This document shows, in pieces, positions 1-7,745 of a stretch of DNA of 18,702 nucleotides. Origin of the DNA: an uncultured archaeon (lineage in GTDB: Archaea; Asgardarchaeota; Lokiarchaeia; Sigyniarchaeales; SOKP01); contig CAYLZE010000101.1 of NCBI GenBank assembly GCA_964388035.1, positions 1 through 18,702 of the forward strand, read 5' to 3'. The number at the start of each line of letters is the position of its first letter. Position 1 is the first letter of the stretch. The notes under the pieces were generated by a model. That model searched no databases. It worked only from the letters and a program-made list of their open reading frames with translations, and was not told the DNA's origin. Position numbers and translations under genes: made by a program.

Positions 1-17
1 CGAGGATTTGCAAAATG

Positions 18-1109
18 TTAAAAAAAGACTTCTTTAACGATATTTCCAATGGAAGAAAATACGTTTAAATTCCCTCTCCAATCTTCGAATATGCCCGAAT
101 ATATTTGTTGGATTCTATCAATGAGCTTATTAAGCAAAATTGGATAGGATGCTAGCATTTCATCACATATTAATATGGCATAAAAAAAATCGGTGGATTG
201 AATAATCACAATCTTACCCTCTTTTTCAATAATTGATGTTCCTTCAACGCGGGTAGTTTTTTCCAACATCATTTTTAGCATGGCCAATCGACCGGAAGCA
301 ATAGAATCATTTAATGAGGTATCAACTTCTTCCCGAAACTTTTTATGATAAATTAATAATCCCGATTTGTGAATAATAAATATACTTTCCAACTTATCTT
401 GCCAGACATATTCCGTAAAGGAGGGAACGGAAATAAAAAACCAAGTAAGCAACACGAATCCCAATAATTGAAATATATCCCCGAAAAGGCGATAAACGAT
501 TCCTAAGGTGGCTACAATGAACCGAGTCGTTAATTGATATCCAATAAATACGAAAACAAGTCCCATAATGAATTTGAATATTTCAAAATTTAAATTACTA
601 ATTTCTTTTTTAGCATGCAGATTAGTTTTTAAATCTTTGAAATAGACGGCAAAAAATATGATGAATAAGATCCAAAAGATGGAAGAAAAATAGGATGCAA
701 TATAGAAATTTAAAATAATGATTATCAAATATATAATGAAAATGATTACCGATGCTTTTGTGAATATATACTTTTTAATATAAACCTTATAACCTTCCAT
801 TGTCCTAAAAAAGAGGATTATGCATAAAATCTGAAGAAAGAATCCAATGTTGATGACTATATCCCGTAAAAGTGCAGATTGAACATGGAAATCGGAAATG
901 ACGATGAATGCCCACATGGATGAATATCCTAAAAATAACCATGCATACGCTTTTTCTTGCAAGAATTTTAACTCGTTTTTCTTTCTAGTGCGAACTTTTA
1001 CCCATAAAATAAATGCCCGTTCAATAAAGAGAAAAGTGATTATTACTTCTAAGATTAAAAGTAGTTCTCGATATGGTCCGGTGATGGGAAATGCTTCTTG
1101 GCTTAGCAT
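18..1109 (-). CDS. Membrane protein with about 7 TM helices fused to a C-terminal longin-like domain (copy 1)
   Basis: About seven hydrophobic segments in aa ~15-228, then the linker PSFTEYVW. The ~125-aa soluble domain follows the longin order beta-beta-alpha-beta-beta-beta-alpha-alpha (SIFIIHKSGLLIYHKKF; IASGRLAMLKMML; IIEKEGKIVIIQ..FYAILIC; LLNKLIDRIQQIY..WRGNLNVFSSIGNIVKEVF). AAGGT lies upstream of the ATG. The fold was assigned by pattern only. Confidence 0.7.
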   Translation of the reverse strand: MLSQEAFPITGPYRELLLILEVIITFLFIERAFILWVKVRTRKKNELKFLQEKAYAWLFLGYSSMWAFIVISDFHVQSALLRDIVINIGFFLQILCIILFFRTMEGYKVYIKKYIFTKASVIIFIIYLIIIILNFYIASYFSSIFWILFIIFFAVYFKDLKTNLHAKKEISNLNFEIFKFIMGLVFVFIGYQLTTRFIVATLGIVYRLFGDIFQLLGFVLLTWFFISVPSFTEYVWQDKLESIFIIHKSGLLIYHKKFREEVDTSLNDSIASGRLAMLKMMLEKTTRVEGTSIIEKEGKIVIIQSTDFFYAILICDEMLASYPILLNKLIDRIQQIYSGIFEDWRGNLNVFSSIGNIVKEVFF

Positions 1110-1121
1110 TAATATTACCTT

Positions 1122-2273
1122 TTATTTCTCGTTTAAAATTGATTGTTTTATAATCTTATCGAAATTGGAAAAAATTTTTAATTCAACTTCTCCTGATTGA
1201 AGCATGCTCGGTAAAATGGGAGAATATTGTTTAAGGAATTCTTCTTTAATTTTTTTAATTAAATATTTCAAGCTGGTTAATTCTTTTTTTACCATGAGGC
1301 AAAAAATAAGAAAAGAAAAGGGCTCATCAGCATGTTCCAATAGAATTAAATAATTACCATGGCTTATCTTTTCTATATGCTTATCGGTCGATTCCAGCAC
1401 TAAGGAAATAATATTTTCAATTCCTACAATTCCCCTTGAAAACAAAAGGTTCGTCTCATCTGTCCTTTTCGTGCTCTCTTTTGGCATTGCTTTGCGACCA
1501 GGGTCGAAATCATATTGATAGATGATGGAATAATTATTTTTATTCACGATAAATAAACCAATTATATTCTCTCTCCAATCAAATTCCAAAAAAGCAGGGA
1601 ATTTATACGCTCCTAGAAAGAATATCAAGAGCCCCACCGTAAAGAGCGGTGCCGATATTGATTGAATTAGTTCACTATAAGCACTTAATAAGACATAACT
1701 TGGAGTATATCCTCCTATTAAATGAGATATGACTAAGAAAATAATCCCCCAAAAAATTAAACGTAATCTTCTTCGAATATCTCCCGTAGCAAGTGTTGCT
1801 AATTTATTTTGAAAATATAAAATTATTCCATAAGAAGTCCCCACAGTCAGTCCTGCAATTGCACTATATAGAAGGGTCTCAATTGTTAAAATAAAGGTAA
1901 TTATTATGGGGATTATTAATAAGAATGCTAATACCCGAATTATCCTCGTATTTATAATTTTATTAAATGTTTTGGATGATATAACAAGAAAAAATGCTAT
2001 GACTCCCAAATAGAATAAAAGATATGTAATTCGTGCCACATTCTCAAATATTTTTGGATAACTTTCCTTTAAAAAATAGAGATTGATGATGCGAATCGCA
2101 AAAGCTGTTAAAGTGATTCCAAAAATTAATGCATAACCAAGTAGTAATATATGGAGTTTTAATTTTTCCTTTTTGTATTTCACATATTGATATAAAAAAT
2201 ATACCGATATCTGATACCCAATGAGAATTGCAATAAACATGAACGGTAAATAAAAGTCTCTGAAGATACTCAT
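1122..2273 (-). CDS. Membrane protein with about 7 TM helices fused to a C-terminal longin-like domain (copy 2)
   Basis: Same architecture as 18..1109: about 7 TM segments, linker PAFLEFDW, then IIGLFIVNKNNYSIIYQYDF, LFSRGIVGIENII, KISHGNYLILLEH..LIFCLMV, LKYLIKKIKEEFLKQY, IFSNFDKIIKQ. Ends 12 bp before the paralog starts. Confidence 0.7.
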   Translation of the reverse strand: MSIFRDFYLPFMFIAILIGYQISVYFLYQYVKYKKEKLKLHILLLGYALIFGITLTAFAIRIINLYFLKESYPKIFENVARITYLLFYLGVIAFFLVISSKTFNKIINTRIIRVLAFLLIIPIIITFILTIETLLYSAIAGLTVGTSYGIILYFQNKLATLATGDIRRRLRLIFWGIIFLVISHLIGGYTPSYVLLSAYSELIQSISAPLFTVGLLIFFLGAYKFPAFLEFDWRENIIGLFIVNKNNYSIIYQYDFDPGRKAMPKESTKRTDETNLLFSRGIVGIENIISLVLESTDKHIEKISHGNYLILLEHADEPFSFLIFCLMVKKELTSLKYLIKKIKEEFLKQYSPILPSMLQSGEVELKIFSNFDKIIKQSILNEK

Positions 2274-2430
2274 TCCTTATATTAAAATTCCCGTATGCTC
2301 AAAAAATTTTTCCATTTTTATAAGAATAAATAAATTATAACTGTTACTTTATATAAACTCTTTTCTTAATAACTGAGATCTTCTACTTTTGGAAATTGAT
2401 TTGCTCTCAAAAGAAGATGCATGATTAAAA

Positions 2431-3102
2431 TTAGTTCCCTCTTTTTTGAAAAATACCAAAAATAAAACTAAAATCTTTCACAAATTTTTCCCTTTTCGTA
2501 AAAATTGGAAATAATGACGAATACCAAGCAATTTTTTTAAAACCAGAAGTAATGATTACTTTCTCAATCTCCTTCACCGATGGAATATAGATATGGGTAA
2601 TATCTTGCGAAAAAAACAATTTATATATGATTGCGCTAATTTTATTGCTAATAGTGGGAATTTCCAGACAAAAAAGCCCCCCAGCGTTTAGATGACCATA
2701 AATCACTCGTATTGCTTTTTTAGGGTCTTTTAAATGTTCTATTACGGAAATTGCTGTAATGATATCAAAACTATTCGAAAAGGGAATTCCTTCCTTCTCC
2801 AGATTTCCTTGCTTATAATTACATTTAACTCTTGTCCGAGCAACTTTAATGGCGTGATTAGAAACATCCATTCCATGTATTTCAAAATCATCTTTCAAAA
2901 GCTCTAAAAAATGTCCATAAGCACAACCAATATCTAATAAAGTCTCGTGGTAAGAGCTTGCGTGCTTCATGATTAATTTTCTATATTTTTTGGGTCGCCA
3001 AAGATTCAACCGAGTGAGGAAATCATATCCTCCTAGCTTAGAAAAATGCGAGTCTTCAAAATATTGACTTTCAAAGTCCGATTCGTTCTTTTTAATACTC
3101 AC
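2431..3102 (-). CDS. Class I SAM-dependent methyltransferase
   Basis: Motif I LLDIGCAYG, post-I GMDVS, FDIITAISVIEHL and LNAGG. GTG start. Substrate unknown. Confidence 0.9.
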   Translation of the reverse strand: MSIKKNESDFESQYFEDSHFSKLGGYDFLTRLNLWRPKKYRKLIMKHASSYHETLLDIGCAYGHFLELLKDDFEIHGMDVSNHAIKVARTRVKCNYKQGNLEKEGIPFSNSFDIITAISVIEHLKDPKKAIRVIYGHLNAGGLFCLEIPTISNKISAIIYKLFFSQDITHIYIPSVKEIEKVIITSGFKKIAWYSSLFPIFTKREKFVKDFSFIFGIFQKRGN

Positions 3103-3347
3103 ATTCTTCTATAGTACAAAATAAGATAAAAAATTTCATGATGGTTAGAATCGTTTTCTCATAGAAATATTAATTCTTAAGATGACTTTTTGCACTTTCT
3201 TTAAATTTTCCAGAAAAGAATGAAATGCTCGATCTGAAAAAGATTTATTAATGGTGCTTGAATACTTGTACTTCAGAACCAATCGAATCATTGACTATAT
3301 TGTAAATTTATAACTGGATTTACACAAATGGAATGTCATGATATATC

Positions 3348-4142
3348 ATGAGTAGATTAGAACAAGAATGGGAACATAATTTATATCAAACGCCTATCCG
3401 ATCAGTACAAACCGGAAACTTGACCATTGAGACACTAAATCCCATGGATAAAGAAATCATTTTGGATGTGGGATGTGGAAACGCACATAACACCATTAAA
3501 ATTGCCAAAATGATCCCTGAAGGGAAAGTTGTAGGTATAGACTTCTCATCCTCCATGCTGGAATTAGCTAAGAAAAATGTGAAGCGAGATAGGATAGAAA
3601 ATGTGAATTTACTTCGAGTTGATGCCCATGAAATGGAGTTCGAAAATGAGTTTGATGCGATCTATTCCAATATAAACCTACATCAATGTTATGATCTTAA
3701 AAAGGTACTCGCATTAATTTATAAAGCATTAAAGATTGATGGCAGAATCGTCTTAAGCATCCCTCAAAAAAGAGTAGATCGCGATTCCTTAACCATTCTA
3801 CGTTATTTAATGAAATCCGCGTGGAATAAAAACTTTCGTCTCCATTTCAGGCAATTTCAATTCTTCTCTGAACCATGTCGTGAGGTATTTCTTACAAATA
3901 CCTTAGAAACCATTCCTTTTAAAGAAATTAAAATAGAATGTAATTTATTATATTACGTTTTTGAATCTAAAGAACAAGCTCTATATCAATGGAAGATAGA
4001 CAGTTTAGGACTATTTTTATCCTTTTTACCCCCTTCATTGAAAAAACATTACTTTCAAAAATTCAGAGATTTCTTTTTTACCACCTTAATAAATCCTTGC
4101 TTGATAGAAGAGGATATCCTTTTTATTCAAGAAGTTAAATAA
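3348..4142 (+). CDS. Class I SAM-dependent methyltransferase (trans-aconitate methyltransferase-like family)
   Basis: ILDVGCGNA, VVGIDFSSSMLELA, FDAIYSNINLH, ALKIDGRIV. Substrate not assignable. Confidence 0.85.
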   Translation: MSRLEQEWEHNLYQTPIRSVQTGNLTIETLNPMDKEIILDVGCGNAHNTIKIAKMIPEGKVVGIDFSSSMLELAKKNVKRDRIENVNLLRVDAHEMEFENEFDAIYSNINLHQCYDLKKVLALIYKALKIDGRIVLSIPQKRVDRDSLTILRYLMKSAWNKNFRLHFRQFQFFSEPCREVFLTNTLETIPFKEIKIECNLLYYVFESKEQALYQWKIDSLGLFLSFLPPSLKKHYFQKFRDFFFTTLINPCLIEEDILFIQEVK

Positions 4143-4315
4143 CCTTGAAGGCTTATTACTGCATTTTCGAATTGATGATATTTTCAGAAAAAAGAATGAG
4201 GGTTTAAAAATTTTAAAATTTAAAAAGCATTCGTAATAAAATCCGATACTAATCCCTTTTCCCAATTTTAAGAAATAAAGCAGTTGTTCTAAAATCTTTA
4301 AAAGAAATGTTTAAA

Positions 4316-4414
4316 CAGGCTCGGAGGGATTTGAACCCTCGCTGTGCAGCTCTCTCCGTTGAGGAAATTTAAGATTAGGAGGCTGCCGCCTTATCCAGTC
4401 TGGGCCACGAGCCT
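4316..4414 (-). tRNA. tRNA-Arg(CCT) with a 24-nt intron at position 37/38
   Basis: Minus strand reads AGGCTCG TG GCC CAGACTGGATAA GGC G GCAGC CT CCT A [intron] A GCTGC ACAGC GAGGG TTCAAAT CCCTC CGAGCCT G. All stems pair, the spliced length is 75 nt, the discriminator is G and CCA is not encoded. Confidence 0.95.
4352..4375 (-). other. Archaeal tRNA intron (relaxed bulge-helix-bulge motif)
   Basis: Intron ATCTTAAATTTCCTCAACGGAGAG. Its GGAG pairs with anticodon-loop CUCC to form the 4-bp central helix, followed by a 3-nt AG^A bulge at the 3' splice site. Confidence 0.9.
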
Positions 4415-4480
4415 TTGTATATAAGAGTATAGTATAAACTAATAAACATGTAATACCTTAAAAAGTATAACCCAATAGAT

Positions 4481-4675
4481 TTATATGTTAAGAGTGCTCC
4501 GATATAAGGCAACTGCGCAAGTCTTACAATAATAGGAATCTCCAATTTTTATCGCTTCGTCCCTTTCTATTTCCTGCTGACAATTCATTATGCTACACTT
4601 AACTATCTTTTTTTCTTTATCTTGCTGTTCTTCATCCATTATCATGGTGTAAAAATCCTTTGAATTTAAATCCAA
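4481..4675 (-). CDS. Small C4 zinc-finger protein (treble-clef / half-LIM-like)
   Basis: CSIMNC-x17-CKTC with the pattern IKIGDSYYC, after a charged N-terminus. TTG start as given; the internal ATGs (MIMDEE) are alternatives. Confidence 0.7.
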   Translation of the reverse strand: MDLNSKDFYTMIMDEEQQDKEKKIVKCSIMNCQQEIERDEAIKIGDSYYCKTCAVALYRSTLNI

Positions 4676-4774
4676 AGGTTTTAATTAAACAAGCAATTGT
4701 TTAATATTAGTTAAATTATAACTATTATTAATTTTTAAAATTCAATAGTGAACTATAACTTTTAGGGATAATTC

Positions 4775-5053
4775 TTGGAAAGAAGAACACCTTACCAAAA
4801 AGCACAGCGACCAATTGATTATCTTAAGGATAGCGTGAATAAAATTATTTTAATTAAAGTAAAGAGAAATCGTCTCTTTCGGGGTCGTCTTGGAGGTTTT
4901 GATGAGCATCTCAACCTCTATTTAGAAGATACTAGCCAAATATTTGAGTATTCTGATGATGATGGGAATATCAGAGAGGAGCACGAAGATGTGGGCAACA
5001 TTGTTATCAGAGGCGATAATGTAATATTTGTTAACTTAGCCAATTCTGATTAA
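4775..5053 (+). CDS. Sm/Lsm-like RNA-binding protein (SmAP1-type)
   Basis: N-terminal RPIDYL helix, Sm1 motif FRGRLGGFDEHLNLYLED and Sm2 motif GNIVIRGDNVIFV. TTG start. Confidence 0.93.
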   Translation: MERRTPYQKAQRPIDYLKDSVNKIILIKVKRNRLFRGRLGGFDEHLNLYLEDTSQIFEYSDDDGNIREEHEDVGNIVIRGDNVIFVNLANSD

Positions 5054-5424
5054 CTTCTTTATATAAATTCTTGAATTGCAAGACCCTGCTATTTAACAAA
5101 TCCATTACTAATTTACGATTTTAACGACTATTCTTTTCCTGATAATAATTGTATTAAGAGAGAAGTAAAGACAAACACGTTTTCTTTAAGAGATACTCTT
5201 TTAAATTTTAGAGTCAGATACAATTTAGAAAATCATGGAAGTAAGTAAAAGATTTAAATCAGTGAAGCTTTATCTAACGACTTCTAAAGAGAAACCCCGG
5301 CCTTATAAATTATTATTCAGTAGATTTTTAATCTCTTGCTTTCAGAATTATTTTTATATGGTTTTTTTCATTTTTATAACATGAGGATAGTAGGTCTTTC
5401 AAGTACTCGTCAAAATTTAAGATC

Positions 5425-7560
5425 ATGATACCAGATAATTTGCTTTCCCTTCCCGATAAAGAGTCTGATTCTTCTTTTCTAATCAATCCTAATTTGGGAC
5501 ATCCTCTATTCTTATCAATTGATCCTAAAGGAGAAAATTCAGAATTTGAAACGAATGTATTATTCATCAGCACTATTAGTGATATTAAAGAATTTGAGAG
5601 ATCCATAAATAAGGAAATACGCCTTGTTCCTATTTTGGAATATAAGTGGAAGATACGGAAATTAGTTGAAGAAAAAGAAGAAGAGCTGGAAAAAATAGTA
5701 GCTCCTAAAGAGAAAAGGGGGTTATTCTCAAAAATTAGAAGCAAATTTTCTAGAAAGAAAAAAAATAGTAAGAAAGAAGCGGAAGAGGACTCTCTCTTTT
5801 TTCAAACCATTAGTTCTGGAATAGAATCCATTAAAGAATTTGCAGAGGAGAAATTTGAAAAGTTGGCACCACGTGCAATGCGAGCCGATCCTCTCCCCGT
5901 CACAATTTTAAGGGTGGAAAAAGTTGTAATGACCACTATAAATGATCTCGCATACATTAAAGACGAAATGTGCACTCCTCTCAACTATTTTTCTAAAATA
6001 GATGTTTTTAATCCGGATTTTAAGGAATTTTATAAAGTGAAAGTAAATTTTGACCTTTCTAAGGAAGTCCTTGAATATTTAGAGGATCATAATTTTGTAA
6101 TGTTTGATGTTAAATGCTTTAAAAATCGAATTAATTACCATTCTGTGGTAATTAGCAAGCAAGATTGGAAAAATTTTACTTTTGTTCAAGCAACTGACCT
6201 GCATTTAGCGGAGAGAAATGATAAAATATATGGCATCGTGAAAAGTTGGGCGGAATCATCAATCAAGCAAAATGTTGATTCTTTCTTCCGAGGGATAATG
6301 AAAAAACTAAAGATCAAGAGACCCGAAGATATTGAAGAGAAGTTTAAAATTCCCTTGAGAAAACGTCTCATCAATCCCAATAATCAATTTAGAAAGTTCA
6401 TACGCTTAATGAACAGAAAAGTTCTGAATAATCAATTGGATTTTATAGTGCTGACGGGAGATCTCATTGATTTCACGTTATTGAGCAAGTTCTTTAAATC
6501 CTTGAAAAAGATTACCAGTTTTAAATATAACCATACAAATTGGAAAATATTTAAGGATATCGTGATAAATTCCCCTCATCAAAAAAAATATCGCGGGATT
6601 ATACGCGGGGAGGAATTATTATGTCCCATTTTTACCATTTTAGGGAATCATGACTATCGAGCGTATCATTATGATTTGACTTGGGCGGGATTATATAAGA
6701 AAATGGGTTTAAATGCTTCGGAAGCAGTCGCTTTGAATGAATTCTTTTCCTCTTCTCCTATAACGGCGATAATAGCTACAGAAATGGCGCTAAAAGGATA
6801 TCTTTCGGAAATAAGTCCCTCCTTTGATTATACTGTATCTCTGGGAAATAATCTCCTTATTTTTCTGAATAGCGGTTCAGATTCCTTTTTAAATATCAGA
6901 GATTTGATTTCCGGACATCCCTCTGTAACGGGCTTAACACGGAAACAGATAAAATACCTGGAAAATTTAAAAAATAACAAGATTCGAAAGGATATGAACG
7001 TTTTTCTTCTTGTTCACGGCCCCCCAATCAATACGCCCCTTAAACCCTATTTAATTAAGAGAAATAACCGCAAAACCGTGGATATCGTTGAAAATACAAT
7101 CGAGGATTTTAAAGAATCCCGTTTATTAAAACGCGGGATCCCACCCCTTGAGGCAAGGATAGATGATTTATTTAATGTGAAGTATGGATGTATTTCCTCC
7201 CATTGGGAAAAACTCATCTCCTTTTGTAAGGATTATAGCATACTTACCCTTGCGGGACATACTCACAGTTTAAAAGAGTATAGACTTGAGGAACCGACAT
7301 TTAAAACTAAAATCTTTGACTCTCCTCCCTTTAGTTTGAAACGCTTGAAAAATCCCGCAGCGATTTATTATGATGTTTATTCGGAACTACATGATTCTTC
7401 TACAGAAATAGAAAAACATCGTCCCTTCATAGTTCAAACCCCTGCTTTAGGGATGGGGGCTTATCACGATGCATCCATCGTAGGGGCTTATAGGGAAATG
7501 ATTGTCAAAGAGGGGAAATTAAGTTCTTTCAAGGTAAAATATATCAATCGAAAACCTTAA
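5425..7560 (+). CDS. Large calcineurin-like metallophosphoesterase with a ~250-aa N-terminal extension
   Basis: All five metal-binding motifs occur in order: ATDLH, TGDLID, LGNHD, VHGPP, AGHTH. No TM segment or signal peptide is evident. Confidence 0.88.
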   Translation: MIPDNLLSLPDKESDSSFLINPNLGHPLFLSIDPKGENSEFETNVLFISTISDIKEFERSINKEIRLVPILEYKWKIRKLVEEKEEELEKIVAPKEKRGLFSKIRSKFSRKKKNSKKEAEEDSLFFQTISSGIESIKEFAEEKFEKLAPRAMRADPLPVTILRVEKVVMTTINDLAYIKDEMCTPLNYFSKIDVFNPDFKEFYKVKVNFDLSKEVLEYLEDHNFVMFDVKCFKNRINYHSVVISKQDWKNFTFVQATDLHLAERNDKIYGIVKSWAESSIKQNVDSFFRGIMKKLKIKRPEDIEEKFKIPLRKRLINPNNQFRKFIRLMNRKVLNNQLDFIVLTGDLIDFTLLSKFFKSLKKITSFKYNHTNWKIFKDIVINSPHQKKYRGIIRGEELLCPIFTILGNHDYRAYHYDLTWAGLYKKMGLNASEAVALNEFFSSSPITAIIATEMALKGYLSEISPSFDYTVSLGNNLLIFLNSGSDSFLNIRDLISGHPSVTGLTRKQIKYLENLKNNKIRKDMNVFLLVHGPPINTPLKPYLIKRNNRKTVDIVENTIEDFKESRLLKRGIPPLEARIDDLFNVKYGCISSHWEKLISFCKDYSILTLAGHTHSLKEYRLEEPTFKTKIFDSPPFSLKRLKNPAAIYYDVYSELHDSSTEIEKHRPFIVQTPALGMGAYHDASIVGAYREMIVKEGKLSSFKVKYINRKP

Positions 7561-7745
7561 TCCTTTTATTCAAGTTTAATCTTTATTACGTCGATTTTGA
7601 TATTTAACTTGTTTTACAGTAATCTTTAGATAAATATATATAGATTACCAACAAAGTAATATTCAAATATATAATCATCAGAAAAAAAAATAATTATAAA
7701 TAGAATTAAAAAAAAATTCAAAAAAGAAAGAAAACTATAAAAAAA

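Noticed and set aside
898-1200. 100-aa plus-strand ORF
   Set aside because: Antisense shadow across two well-supported minus-strand genes, with no recognisable motif.
1-4340. Integrated element at the tRNA-Arg 3' end (window start cgaggatttg loosely resembles the tRNA's gagggatttg)
   Set aside because: The match is short and imperfect, there is no integrase, and no compositional shift is obvious.
5072-5248. Open frame after a TGA, in the same frame as the Sm gene
   Set aside because: Sm ends at a TAA, a second stop follows seven codons later, the frame has no ATG/GTG/TTG start and it shows no resemblance to rpl37e. Probably chance.
5328-6380. Minus-strand ORFs 5328-5744, 5802-5984 and 6186-6380
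   Set aside because: Antisense to the metallophosphoesterase. Their Ser/Phe-rich composition is what the reverse complement of Lys/Glu-rich coding sequence gives.
7661-7745. Long A-rich tract upstream of the PAP2 gene
   Set aside because: Low-complexity AT-rich spacer with no regular repeat unit; not a CRISPR leader or array.
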